Assembly: GCA_964187785.1 (NCBI GenBank)
Contig: OZ076413.1
Span: 44,642,001 to 44,702,000, forward strand
Origin: Amphiscolops sp. MND2022
Taxonomy: Eukaryota
Direction: 5' to 3'
DNA: 60,000 bases
Positions 23,801 through 35,400 of this stretch are shown here, in pieces. Both the position numbers and the translations under genes were made by a program. The stretch's first letter is position 1, and each line of letters starts with the position of its first letter. Below the pieces are notes generated by a model, which searched no databases, had not been told where the DNA came from, and was given only the letters and a program-made list of their open reading frames with translations.

Positions 23801-26800
23801 TTACTGCCAGGTTGAATCGGTGGCTCGCGCACCCTATCAGCAAGGCTGTGTAATATGCTATTCATAATAATACTGAATACTGACAAATTTCACGTGAACA
23901 GATTTCATGATTCACGTTAGACGAGCTTGTCGGTGCCTGCCCGTTTTCAATCCCCTTGCTAGATTGTTTGCTCACTTACGACAATGCTGCTAGCCTGACA
24001 ATAGAAGAAAATTAGATTATCTAGACTACCGTTACTGAGATTATTATCTAGATTATAAGACTACTCTTATTTACCGTTATCTAGATAATCTTTGCTAAGA
24101 TAATCTTTTTTACACCCCTGATAGTCACTACGTTGTTTTCATAAAATGTCGCAATCGAAAACATATGTTAATATCGAGTTTGTCTTTTTGCACAGCCTTG
24201 CCTATCAGAGGAACGCCCAACATATACCATGAGTATATTGTTGTAATTTTAGTTGGTACAAAGTCGGTAATCGTATATTGTTGATTAGACGCCATTTCAA
24301 TTGCATTTTCAAACCCCGGATGTTGCGATTTGAGGTGAGATATTAGGTTATGGTACCCGTTTTCAGTTTTTTGCTTGCGTTCAGCACCGCATAAACATTT
24401 AAAAATATGCTCTTTGTCAGTCTTTACATAATAGTGATCCACAATCTGACGGTTGGTCAAAATTTTTGAAACAGGCATTGTGAAATGCATAGAATGTATA
24501 GCAAATTAGCAATAAACTATTCAAACAAGTTTGTATAAGTGTATTGTTGACGTGAAGGGTATTGTGCAGGTTTGACAGGAGATAATTGATGAATCAATTC
24601 GGAAGCATTTTGCAAATGATAGTCCTAAATTACTATTGGATGACGATAAAACTATATGCATAATTCAATTATCACACCTCGATTTCTCTCTATAGAAATA
24701 CCGAGAGGCAAGAACACAATTAGTCTGTCTTAATTCTCATTGGCTAACGATCGATGATTGCAAGCATATTTCCTCGCTATAGACATTACATGTATATACA
24801 AAATGTACCACTAATATTTTAGAGGTAATTTATTTTTAGGATCTTCAATCAATTATTGCAATTAATTCACCTCCAACAATAAATATATTGAACAATTTTT
24901 AGTGGCAATATATATTGTAACAATCAATAAATGACAAGCCTGGTTCTGATAGAATTGACGCTGCTTGTTATTTTGGGAGCAGGACAAAACAGCCGATTTT
25001 AAACGGGAGAAAACAACCGATTTTCAAAATAGGACAAAACAGCCGATTTTCAAAATAGGACAAAATAGCCGATTTTCAAAATAGGACAAAACAGCCGATT
25101 TTGAAACAGTACAAAATCGCCGATTGGTAAAAATAAAAATCGCCGATTTTGTCAATGCGTAAGATTAGCAGTCAATAAAATTTTTTCTATAACGTAGTCA
25201 GCTATGTTCACATACCCATAGTGCCCTAAATGCAGGAGCGAAGCGAAGCGGAGCGACGTGCCATATGTCCATGCCTCAATGTTGCTACTTGGCGAAGGGA
25301 GCGAAGCGACCGAGCCATACATTAAATATGAACCTCTTCAAATAAATCAAGTTCCATGCATATTGGCTGTAACAGCACTCATTTTGTTCCGTTTTGAAAA
25401 TCGGCTGTTTTGTCCCGTTTTGAAAATCGGATGTTTTGTCTGGTTTTAAAATGGGCTGTTTTGTCCCGCATCCGTTATTATTGTTCAGCAATAAGACTGA
25501 CCGAAATTTCCTCTGAAATACTCCTAAGTTTAATAGAAGAATGTTCAATAGAAAAAGTAAATCAGTTGGTATCTAGGAACCTTATCATACATAAAAAATT
25601 TCGAAAACGTTTTTTTTAAGACGCGACTTTTAAGACGCGAGAGTGACCAGATTTTTAAACCAGTCTCACAGTGAGTTGTCCACTTTTTTGTTCGATTTCT
25701 TAAAAAATGGTTTCATATTGTCATGAGCAAGTATAAAATACATCTAGCACGCAGCTTACAAGGCTAGACGGTACGAAAAGTTCCCTCCTTACGGATCTCT
25801 TGGCACAGTGCGACTATATTTCGATTTCTTTTTCATTCCACCGAAACTCATCACGATTATTTTATGGTTTTTAGAGTGGAAACCCATTTTTATCAGCTTG
25901 AAAAACCCTGCATTCGGATTTTTAAGCCTTTACATGCGCGCTTTGTGCTATGTCCTTTGCGCTTTTTGATCATTTTTGCACCGGAATGAGTTGTTCCCGA
26001 TCTCTAGATGACAATCCTCACATTGAATTCTCCCCTTTCCTCGCTCACGCTAACTAGTTCATCTATTGCAAACTTCACGCCTAAGATCTAAAGCTAACCC
26101 AAAGCTACAAACGCGTCTCGCATTAGAATATTTCTTGTTTTTAACTCGATCTGCAAAACCAAATGAGATCAAATTATCCACCATTTGGGTGTTTTTACAG
26201 CTAATTTTTTGTCAATTTTTAAGCACCCTAAAAGGTCTCTGAAAAACATTTTTGGTTTTTGGATGCACTCAGGTGCAAAAAAAAGGCTATCAAAGTCAAA
26301 GTCAGAGCGGATCAAAGCTAATTTTATCAGTCATAAACATACGATCGTATTTCTTTCAGTCAAAAATGTTTTTGAGTCTTTCGAAAAAAACCTCCACTTT
26401 CAAAAACAGCCGTATTGACTGAATGCTTGTAACTGGTTTGGACCAAAACTCCACTTGGATGTCTTGAGACATCAAAACAACCCGAAACTTTTTCTTCACG
26501 AAAAGCTCCAAAACAAAGAATATTCATGAAACAAAGATCATGGCAAGACATGGAAGTTAGTATGATCATGGCAGCCTTAACGACATCTTGTAAGATAATG
26601 ATAGCTTATTGGTAAGCGTATTCAATAATTTTTCATGTATTTCGGCGAACATTTAACGTTTCATGTTTCGAAACTTTTGAAGCTGTCAAGAGTTTCAACT
26701 GTCGTCGAATTTTGGTACAAAAATTAACAAGGAAATTCAAACTAACATTTCTGCTTTTTTGGGCCTGGGCATAGCTGATCCATGACGTCACAGCCCGTGA

Positions 26801-26824
26801 CGTCAACTTCTCACTGTGACTCAT
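5856..26824 (-). CDS. Divergent short plakin-family protein (CH1-CH2, plakin spectrin repeats, SH3), ~15 exons, ~905 aa
   Basis: Exons on - are 26824-26747, 21632-21540, 21334-21161, 17866-17590, 17176-17055, 16934-16728, 16221-16115, 15885-15465, 15207-15079, 14727-14638, 14526-14368, 10646-10440, 8903-8613, 8128-7965 and 6054-5856. All junctions are GT-AG and phases are consistent (2718 nt). The translation is colinear with the plectin/dystonin N-terminus: NGREMVELIENLSGVSLPK (CH1), ENLAEVLRALEKLFSIPQIL (CH2), FVQASDAEMKFI, GEELLKLENP..HWDWL, SKRSESVPPLELR, and an SH3-like HDWLV..IPPTLLMP. The first and last exons are less certain. Confidence 0.75.
6085..7738. mobile_element. Old foldback element with long diverged inverted arms, interrupted by the Tc1 MITE
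   Basis: 6250-6430 is inverted against 6705-6880 (CTCGATTAACTC.CCCAAATCTACT, AAATGATCAACC), and 6085-6180 is inverted against 7640-7738. Confidence 0.65.
6945..7620. mobile_element. Tc1/mariner-type MITE
   Basis: ~35-bp TIR CAGTGGTGCGAAGAAAGAATGCGACTTAGTTGCTCA and its reverse complement, with TA on both sides. Confidence 0.9.
7965..8903 (-). CDS. Plakin-like gene exons 8903-8613 and 8128-7965: spectrin repeat leading into the inserted SH3 domain
   Basis: FHTEVSQNTNWL...ISKRSESVPPLELR, then SHDWLVSFERDKEPCGIPPTLLMPLASDSSRAIDAMQR. Splice sites are canonical. Confidence 0.7.
9086..10293 (-). mobile_element. Helentron-like element termini (copy H) enclosing a LINE fragment
   Basis: Reverse-oriented 3' end CAAGCCGAGAACGGCATAAGTCGGTGC..TAAGGCTCAAAAA at 9086 and 5' end GAAGCGCCGACTAAA at ~10281-10293. 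Confidence 0.55.
9570..10110 (-). mobile_element. Degenerate non-LTR retrotransposon (CR1/L2-type) ORF2 3' fragment
   Basis: CKYEGVHIEENLRFREHIDHVVKK...LYNSFVKSIITYGLLLYG resembles the post-RT KYLGV..D..L.F..HI / Y.S...S.I.YG...WG region. Frameshifted. Confidence 0.8.
10440..10646 (-). CDS. Plakin-like gene exon encoding a plakin-domain spectrin repeat
   Basis: KMSEIEKRELTHIQAIFHQGEELLKLENPLNSSAITALMHNLGIHWDWL parallels the plectin-type LMRELE..IQ..GD.LL...HP......QTQWSWM. Phase 0 at both ends. Confidence 0.78.
11217..11447. repeat. ~230-bp imperfect palindrome
   Basis: GAGCGCTTCAGCGTGACT..TAATAGTCAGCTCTTT / AAAGAGCTGACTATTA..AGTCACGCTGAAGCGCTC, centred near 11330. Confidence 0.9.
11452..12534. 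mobile_element. TA-flanked MITE with ~48-bp TIRs
   Basis: GATCTCGGTTACTAGCCCACTAAAGATACAC.CATTGTTACTA at 11452 with its reverse complement ending at 12534; TA on both sides. Confidence 0.85.
12537..13160 (-). mobile_element. Tc1 transposon 5' remnant
   Basis: TA-CAGTCATCGG end at 13160. The degenerate ORF contains PRTGRRPK, a Tc3-type HTH (VRKVLNKYGL..RVAPKK) and ATDESTF, and is truncated at the adjacent MITE. Confidence 0.8.
17590..17866 (-). CDS. Plakin-like gene exon encoding the second calponin-homology (CH2) domain
   Basis: tttcag acceptor and gtaaat donor. AESKVWNWS...PVENLAEVLRALEKLFSIPQILSSE follows the CH2 pattern (KLLLWS...LENLDQAF..AE..LGV..LL). Confidence 0.75.
17894..18588 (+). 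mobile_element. Helentron/DINE-1-like element, copy C
   Basis: Same termini, about 8 AAGGGTCCCC units and a GC-rich internal hairpin at 18434-18470. Confidence 0.75.
19888..20511 (+). mobile_element. Helentron/DINE-1-like element, copy D, with a tRNA-like segment
   Basis: CAGTCGGCGC...GAGCCTTAGATTTTGCGCCGACTTTAGAC..GTCTTGTT, with internal GGTTCGAGTCC. Confidence 0.7.
23013..24490 (-). pseudogene. hAT transposase, split by an insertion and lacking the central catalytic region
   Basis: ORFs 24128-24490 and 23013-23843 join in frame (VPLIG|CASHRFNL) once the 23841-24200 insert and one TSD copy are removed, giving ~369 aa. The BED finger runs almost directly into CxxH. Confidence 0.85.
23841..24200. 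mobile_element. Non-autonomous hAT MITE nested in the hAT transposase
   Basis: TIR CAAGGCTGTG / CACAGCCTTG with 8-bp TSD CCTATCAG (23833-23840, 24201-24208). Confidence 0.92.
24976..25473. mobile_element. Mutator/foldback-like non-autonomous element with tandem-repeat arms
   Basis: The left arm has ~6 copies of GGACAAAACAGCCGATTTTCAAAATA and the right arm has inverted copies. GG..CC termini with an imperfect flanking duplication GTTATT(A)TTG. Confidence 0.7.
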
Positions 26825-27578
26825 TGTCCAGTGAGTCGCAATTTCATATTGGGGATCACAAGGATCCCTTGGTATAATTCATCCAATGAAAATTCCAAAA
26901 TAAAGAATAAATTTTAATAAAATAAAGTTATACGATTGTAATTTAAAAATTCAAAAGCAGTTTTAAGATGTTTTCAAAGCAGTTAAACTGGTGTATTGTT
27001 TCACCACATTATGAGTTTATATAAATGAAATGCTTTAGAACCTGCGTCGTTTTTAAACAAAGGTTCAAAATCGAGAATTATTAGCCAAGAAATCGAGACG
27101 ATGAATCTGCTGTCATTTGCTGAACAATGCTCAAACACCGTAATGCAAAATTGTATGTACGATAATTAGTTAGTGCACAGTGCATACATGTATTGATGTA
27201 AATAGATGAAAATGTATGAGAAAAAGTATGAGAAGGCATGAGCCAAAAAAAGCTGAAAAATGCTGGTCATCAATTTCTCTGGACAATTTTGGCACCACGT
27301 TGAGCATGAAATTAAGGTTTGGCTTGATTGTTCAACATCAGTTCAACTGATGATGCAGCTTTGTGTATAGGAGTTTCATTTCAATTAGTTCATGCTCCAT
27401 TTAATTCGATGATTTTTGCATCAGAACGAGAGCAATTTAAATTTGGCATTCTGGTCTCCAATTTGATATGCATTCATTTTTCAGTGAATGCTTACTTTGT
27501 GGTAAGTCGAGTTTTAACCAGACTCTGAAACCCAAAAAATGCATAAAATCTGTGAAAAATTAACTAATAGTTATGGCA

Positions 27579-28064
27579 AACAAGCCAGGAACAGCATAAG
27601 TCGGCGCCATATCTAAGGCTCAAAAATAGCAAAGAGAGACAACTCCGAAGTGTCAAGCATTCTCTTTTACAGTGCAAGAAAAACCCAAAAACTTGGACCA
27701 AATAGGGGCGCCAGTAACTTGGACCAAACACTGGCGCACTAAAAGGGGGACCTTTTCGCGTTTTTCAACATTTCTGTCGCAAAACATCGAAAAATTGAAA
27801 GAGGACCCTTTGAAGTCATTAAAATATTTTAGAAAAAAAGCCTCACAACCCCAAAAAACAATGGAAGGAGGGACCCTTTAGTCTCGCCCGGTATTGTGTT
27901 GCGCTGAAACTAGAGAACAACTCTTTTGGTTAAATTTCTTGTGCCAAATCGTTCAAATTGACGCCTTAAAGTACCGTAGAACTTTAAACAACAAATTTGC
28001 TCAGTTCGTCGGGATTGACAAAAAATCACTAGTATAGCGGCGTTCACTTCATGAACCGCCGACA
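27579..28064 (-). mobile_element. Helentron/DINE-1-like element, copy E
   Basis: AACAAGCC..AAGTCGGCGCCATATCTAAGGCTCAAAAA ... GGGACCCTTT ... CGCCGAC. Confidence 0.72.
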
Positions 28065-28161
28065 AAAAACACAATCAATAAAAACAAGTGTTTTGCAAGC
28101 CCTACACCACATGTTTTGCAAGGCAGTTCTCAAACAAAGCAGAAAAAGCAATGAACGAACA

Positions 28162-29622
28162 CAGTAGACTCGCGATGTCCAGAACCTTGATTATCCGAAC
28201 TCTCAATTATGCGAACGAGTTTTAAACAATGTTTACATACATGTAAATGAATGCATAGTGGAACTGAAAATTGTTTTGTTCGTTATTGACAAATCAAAAT
28301 TGAATCTTCATTTATTACTTTTCTGGTCGGCTTGCATGTAATAAACAAAAATTGAATGTAACAAACGAAAACGTGAAATATTGAAAAATACACAAATACT
28401 GGAAGGTATTTACTTAACTAGAAGAAAGGTAACTAGAAGAGAATACCTTATCAACTGATTACTGAAATAATTGAATCGGTAAATCAACGATCAGTGGGTC
28501 GTCTCCAGCTCAGCTATATTGAAACAAATCATCCAATTATTGTCTGGAAAAGCACTTACTGCCTCACGAAACTCACGTAAAAAGCCAACTTACCAAGAGT
28601 TAGACAAGTCTCTATTCCTGTGGGTGTGCCAAATGAGAAAAGGCAATCCCTATTACTGGACCAATGCTTACTGAGAAAGCGTAAAAATTTTTCAACGGGA
28701 AAGTTTACCGCAAGTTCATGTTTCTTTTCTAATTTTTGCAGGCGTTATTCGTTGAGAATGCATCGATTCAGGGAGAGAAAATCTCGGGTGATCACGCTTG
28801 TTCTCTCGCATTCATCAATTTTTTAATTCAATTTTTAACCAACTATCAATTTTTAATCAATGGATCAGGGTATCTTTGAAACCCTAAAGAGGCTGTGTAA
28901 AAATCTCTTAAACGAGAGTTACTTTTCTCAATGAACCCGAAAAAGGTTTCAAGTTTCGAAGAATTCATGAAAAGTGTAGATTTGCCAAACGTTTGCAACC
29001 TGATTGCCGACTGAATCATCTGTCACTCTCGAACGTGCTTGGAAAAAACTTTTGAAATTTCTAACGTTAAGTCAAACTGACGACGTTGTGCTGGCGGAGG
29101 ATGAGTGCAATATACCCAAAACTTACGATATATCATAGGGTCTAGCTTTTAAGTGAAAACTTCGAAGAGGAAGTTAGCTACTGGCTTCAAAAAGCTTTTA
29201 TTATTGGTGTGCATGAAATTGAATCAGATTAGCAAATCGTCGAATCAGTTCTTTCCTCTTAGCATGAAGAAGAATTAACATCTGAATCTGAGGAAGAAAT
29301 ACATGTATTGGAAGATAAATCATTGAATCGAAATTCTGTGGCACATTCAGAAGCATTTGATTGTAATACGAGAGGTCTGCAGTGGCTAGAAGAGCAACCT
29401 GGGCAACTGTATACTTGAGAAGCCTCAAAGAACTATCTGCTTCTAAACGAGTTGATGTGTTCAAACAGAACACAACAACTGATTTTTTAAAATCAATCAT
29501 TCGGTACGATTGTGTACATTTTCATTCGAATTTGTCCGATTCGATTATCCGATCAAATCGGATTTCGAACATGTCAAGGTAACCTACCCGCCCGAAGTGT
29601 TCAGATAATCGCGTGTCTACTG
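28162..29622 (+). mobile_element. Degenerate pogo/Tigger-like transposon
   Basis: TIR CAGTAGAC.CGCGAT / ATCGCG.GTCTACTG-TA. Relic CENP-B-type HTH (YQELDKSLFLW, PITGPML, FTAS..F..RY) and MDQGIFETLKR. Confidence 0.82.
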
Positions 29623-29792
29623 TAAGAACTTTTGGCAGGGGTATGGTTAAAAACAATTTCGTTTCTAGTTACGCCGCAAAGAAGTTACAATGACTGATCA
29701 TTCATCTCTTCAACCACTCTTACGGAAAATGTGTCACAAACAATACAGGAAGCGATTAATTCGGTGCGTAGACCGATTATCGGATTTGGACG

Positions 29793-30334
29793 GGGGAAGT
29801 AAATAACTTCTAAATAAATAACTTCTAATTAATATAGTAAACAACTTCTAAATAAATAAGTTCTAAAATTATTTTAGTAAATAACTTCTAAATTGCAATG
29901 GCATCTAGTAAATAACTTCCAAACAGCTATTTTGACGTAATTATTTCTATAACGTCGTTAGCTATGTTCACATACCCCTAGTGCCCTAAATGCAGGAGCG
30001 AAGCGAAGCGGAGCGACGTGCCATATGGCCATGCCTCAATGTTGCTACTTGGCGAAGGGAGCGAAGCGACCGAGCCATACAACAAATATGCTAATCTTTT
30101 CAAATAACAGTTTTCGGAATAATAGAACGGTAAGTTTATTTTCGGAATAATGGAACGGTTAATTTATTTTCGGAAGAATGAATAGCAATCTTTACTAGAA
30201 TGATTTCAGAAGTTACCAGACGCAAATGCATTTTAGAAGTTATTTACTAATATAATTTTAGAACTTATTTATTTAGAAGTTATTTACTAATATAATTTTA
30301 GAACTTATTTATTTAGAAGTTATTTACGTGATCC
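29793..30334. mobile_element. Mutator/foldback-like non-autonomous element with 9-bp TSD
   Basis: Arms of GTAAATAACTTCTAAA repeats in inverted orientation; 9-bp duplication ATTTGGACG at 29784-29792 and 30335-30343. Confidence 0.8.
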
Positions 30335-30845
30335 ATTTGGACGACGTAACCGTACAAAATCGCACGGAAAAACATCATTCATCAGATATCCTAAACTGTA
30401 ATCCTGTAAAAAAGAGACAGACACTGGACATTTGAAGATTTATACGAAGAAGATTGTATACAATAAATTGCATTAAATGAGGTGGAAATGAAAAATTCAC
30501 AGAACCGAAAGGTAGAAAAACAGAAGCAGATCAAGAAATTGTCAATTATTTTTCTACAGACAAAAAATTCGACGTTACACCAAGAAAGCGACAACCAAGG
30601 TGCCCTTGATGCGATTAAATACTGGCTGAACAAAATTAGCGAACTAGGTAACACTCTACAGACAGAGGAGAGCGAAGCAAGATCTAACGCTGAGCTTCAA
30701 TATGACGATCCGAATCAAATAATAGGATCAAAACGCCCCATAACAAGCAAATTAACTCAATAACAAAACATCATAACTCAGCAGATTTATTTGGACTTAG
30801 CTTACATTAGATGTTTGTTTACTTTATGGATGTCCAGACGCTTTT

Positions 30846-31305
30846 TAGTCGGCGCTTTTCTTGAGAAAAGAGTCGATTATAGTCATGGCTTTTCGTCAGT
30901 GTTTTTTTTTCGATACACCTGAAGTGTCCAAAAAAAGTTCTACCAAAAGTTCTTCGAAAATTTAGGGCGCCAAATTGTATCTTTTGGCCCAGGGAACTGG
31001 ACAATAAGAGTTGTTCCTTTTTTGGCATAACATACAAAACTGAAAGAGATTGAAGGGGCCCTTTTCAGTTTTTTTTGGCATTGTGAGACTTTTTTTGCAA
31101 AATTTTTTAAAACTTCAAAGGGTTCCCTTCAATTTCTTTGATGATTTGCAATAGAATGGATGAAAAATCTTAAAGAGTCCCCCTGGTGCGCCAATTCAGT
31201 CAAATTTTTTTGGCTACTGTAGAAAAGAATACTTTGTCACTTTGAAGTCCTTTAGCTATTTTTGAGAATTAGATATGGCGGCGACTTAGACCGTTATGGG
31301 CTTGT
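30846..31305 (+). mobile_element. Helentron/DINE-1-like element, copy F
   Basis: TAGTCGGCGC...AGATATGGCGGCGACTTAGACCG..CTTGT. Confidence 0.7.
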
Positions 31306-32492
31306 GTTACATTTGTCGTGGACAAGTCATTTGGCTAGAAATAGCAAAGTCATAATCTGTTTATTAACTGAGAATTGTCCCATTTACAGTCTCGTCGTTC
31401 GAAAAGTTTTGTTCGAATGAGAATCTTATCCTATCAAAGTTACCTTAATATTGCTCCGACATTGTATTTCAAATACTTTTCCTTGAAGTTCATTTTATGA
31501 CGCCCTTACTGAAGTTGATTGACCAATTGATACCTCCAGGGGGATTTCAGAAAATTTTCCTGTCGACTTGATGTACAGATTTCACGATGCCAGATCGTGA
31601 CCGTTTTAAACTATATACCATTGTATATCATCGCATCGTTAAGCCACCAATAGGATTTCGCGGTTGCGAAATGAGACCAACTGTTTACTGTATCATGTGT
31701 CGTGAGCTGTTGATAGACGTTGGAATACTTTTCGAATAGACGCTTTTATCGATGAAAGGCTATGTTACAGCTCATCATAACTGTCTATACTTCGAGATGT
31801 ATCTTTACATCTACTATGTTGTATAAACATAGTTACCGTCATAAATTAAAGTCCTTTTTTGTCTTCTTTTTCCTAACAGGTGACAAATATTACAGCGCGT
31901 TAGGCTGCAAATGTTGATTCTGGTCTTCGAGGGTTAACACTTGATCCAAAAAACATCATGCTGATGAGACTAATATTCGGTTACAAGATAATCAGATTAC
32001 AATTCAAGTTTTGTTCTACAAACTACTGGTTCACAGAAACACTCAGTCGACCGATCGCCTTTTTCCGTTTGAGAGTTTTTTTCCAAAGTTCCGTTTTCGA
32101 GCTTTGCACATTATCAACTACAACTCAACTGCAATTGCTTTGTCATTGTTTACATCACTTAAGCATTGCCTGCTTGAGATAGCTGAGATGAACATTATAA
32201 GGTTTCCTTCGAAATTCGGTTCCGAAAAGATTTGATTGGTTTCATAAAATGAATGAAAATTAGATGTTGAAAGATTAGTTTGTTTTCTTTCTCGTTGATT
32301 TGGATTTTTCAAATCGTGAAAAAGTTTTTCAAATTGTGGCATCTCAAGCAGGTCCATTTTTCCTAATGATTCCTTATTTGAGTACGTACTACATTATTAT
32401 AATACCAGTTCGTCGAGAGTGTCATTTATTTGTTTTTTTGTAGTTCTTCTTTATTTGTTGTCATTTTTTCTTCTCGTGGTTTTGTTGTTGAT

Positions 32493-35400
32493 TCACTGTT
32501 TCTGCACGGCGATGTTGAAGCTGCGCGTTGAGAAGGAGTGGGAGTGTTCGTCGGATCCATGCAGCAGACTCCGCTCGTCGTAGTCGTCCAGCATCTTGTT
32601 GATCTCCTCGTCCTCTTCGTCCTCGTCCGAACTGCCACAGTAGTGGCCACTGATGTAATTCATCTGGCCCTCGAAGTCACACATGATCTGTTCACGACAA
32701 AACACATCAACAGTAGGTATTGGGTATGTTACGTAATCATGATGAATGTTCATTGGGAAACAGTAAAAGCCATCTGGGGGATTCTTTTTGGGGGCAAATA
32801 GTAAATGATGAAACTAAACCAAACAGAAATTTCTATTTAGTTTATTGACAATATTTAATAATTAATTTTAAAAATGTTAATAAACTCGGCAAGTGGTCAG
32901 TTTTGGGCTAGTATTTCAGCACTACTAATATAATGGTCGATCATGATATCAGTAGTAATGAAATACAAACCCGAAATTCGCCAACTATCCAGTTTATTCG
33001 GTAATTGAAAAGAAAGTAGCGGGAGTCTTGACAAATTAGTCTTTATGATTTCCTTACATTTTTCGTTAGGTTTTTTTCTCAGACTTCAATCACAAAGAGG
33101 GTCTTTTGACATAATCATAACTGATTGCTCGTTGTTTGTTTACAAAAACATCCCAATTTATTTGATCAACTGCTAAAAAGTTCACAGTGACCAACAGCCA
33201 AAACATAGCTTTGCCAAACGTTAATGGCGAAATTCTGCTTGTAGCCTTACTGCATCTATGTCGACACTCTTCTTCTCGGGGTCTTCTTTGTTGTCGTCAT
33301 CATCTTCTTCTTCCATCTTCTTGCTCGCATTCTGCAGAAGTCTGTCAGCTCCAATCAACATCTTTATCTGACCCATCATGAAGTCAACCACCTGAACAAA
33401 TCACATGATTAGGATGAATAAACAATCAAATGGGCTGCAATTTGATCTAACGATATTGAAACAAACGGTTGGGTAACACTGAAACATTTTACGCTCTTCC
33501 TCCTAAAACATTTAGTCTATTGGCTCATATTAATGACATTTTGAGGTGAAACAGCTCGAAGTGAAAGCAAAAAAAAATCGGAACCAGGATAGGTTCGAAC
33601 CCCCGATCTGTTGGGGTCAAAAGCTCGTCAAACAGCAAATTGGAGTTTTATCAGACCTGCAGATTGACAAAATTTTCATATATGGAGATGAGATCACGAG
33701 AATAAAATGATTTTTTTCACATCCCGATTGAGAGTCCGTACTGGAAAAAAATAAAACCAGTGACTTATCAACCGATAGTTCGATGACATTATTCGACCGA
33801 TAGTATGGGCTAAGATGGAAGAAAGGTTTAAGCTAACCTCGAAATCGTTCTCCTGCTGGGCGACCTCTCCATTGACCTGGTCACATGCCTCGCAAATGAT
33901 GGAGAGGAACACATTGAGTAGAATCAAGTTGGCCGCTATGATGTACGTGAACAAGAAACCAGGACCTAAATCACAATATTTACAAACTATGCGAAGACTC
34001 TTATCTTATTTATCATCTTCACATCTCTAAGATTTTTTAAAAGAATAGATTAAACGCCAAACCTCTCAAGTTACACCTAATTACATGGAATCAATAAATA
34101 TTCCAATTGAATTCATATTGCGTATGATTTTTACATACCATTTTTAGATGATTCTGAAAAAAATTATAAGTTGTTAAAAACGTGGTCGTACCCAAGAGTC
34201 TATCAGCCTCTTCGACCTCGTAGTAGTCCCACTGGCCGAGCAACATAGCCATCAAGGTGGTGGAGGTCGTGATGAAGGATTTGTACCCGGACACAGCTGC
34301 CCCCAAAACCAGATACGCAAACTGCGCGAACGCAACGAACACCACCTGGAAGCACAGTTACATCAAAACACTAATGAGCCGTGTCAACAAGGTAGAATTA
34401 TTCGAAACACGTAGGATCGAAAAATAGCAAAACTATCTAGAATCTAATTGTGACTTGCTTTTGTCTTGAATCGAAAGAGGTGAAAATTTCATTACTGTTA
34501 CACCATATATGGTGGCAGAAATTTTCAACCAAGTTTTATTCTAAATATACATTGAAATATTATTTTCGATCCTGTATAATTCGATTCTAAATAATTCGAC
34601 TCTGGAGGGGCACCTCGACAATGTTGTGAATTGAATTCGTCAGTGATAATTTGAAGCATTCAAAAAGGCATTACCATTACGCTTATTTATTGAATGAAAC
34701 CCCTAATTTATTATTTCAGAGAGCTGGTCACTTTTCGTTTTTTTTTCGGCACTATGCGACTTACCGAGAAAAAAGAAAGTTTTCAATAAATTTTTTGAAA
34801 ATAATTTTTCAAAAACAATTTTCAAAATTTTTACTATTTGAGGTTTTCTGTAAAGGAAACAAATTTCCCGAGTCTTGAGGGTGACCTCTTTGTTCCTTTT
34901 GATCATGTGGAACTGATGAGTTTTCTTTTTGATTGTGGGAAATACCTCATTTAAGTTTTTTTCGACTCCGTTCGTCTTTCCGAATTTTTCATTTGGTCAA
35001 AGTGTACCCCTTGCTTTCATAGCACATTTCGGCTTGAGAAAGGCAGTTTCGCGAGCTGAAACTCGTTTCGCCACAAATGGTAAAAGAGAAAATGGTAAAA
35101 GCTTGAAATTAGGTCTGTTTCAAATTTAGGAAAGTTGAGCAATCCCGGTTTGTTATACTATTGTACATTGTTTCACCAGAAGTGTCAAAAATTGCAAATA
35201 GTTTTGACAAATTTAGGGTCAATTTGAGGAACTTTTCGAACATGAATATACAGATGTCTCTTCAAAAATAAGCCTACTGGACACCGAGTTTAGCTGTTGT
35301 TGAATGTTTACACCATTCTAACCCACGAGTAGATCGAAACATCTTTCTTAGGAAGATGTACTCCATTTCTAGTGAAATTTCTTGGAGGTTGACAAATGAG

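Larger units (their letters stand above)
22823..24942 (-). mobile_element. hAT DNA transposon, internally deleted and interrupted
   Basis: TIR CAGGCTTGTCATTTATTGATTG at 22823 with its reverse complement ending at 24942, and a perfect 8-bp TSD GTTCTGAT (22815-22822, 24943-24950). It encodes a BED-like zinc finger (CLC...LISHLKSQHP) and the hAT motifs CASH, TRWSS and PTSNIAERLFS. Confidence 0.95.

Noticed and set aside
24980..25150. Regular ~26-bp repeats resembling a CRISPR array
   Set aside because: The units are head-to-tail with no unique spacers, are mirrored by an inverted arm, and have no cas genes nearby in a eukaryotic context.
33580..33630. GGTTCGAACC B-box-like motif (a similar one lies at ~47475-47510)
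   Set aside because: No cloverleaf can be built; at most these are SINE or tRNA relics.
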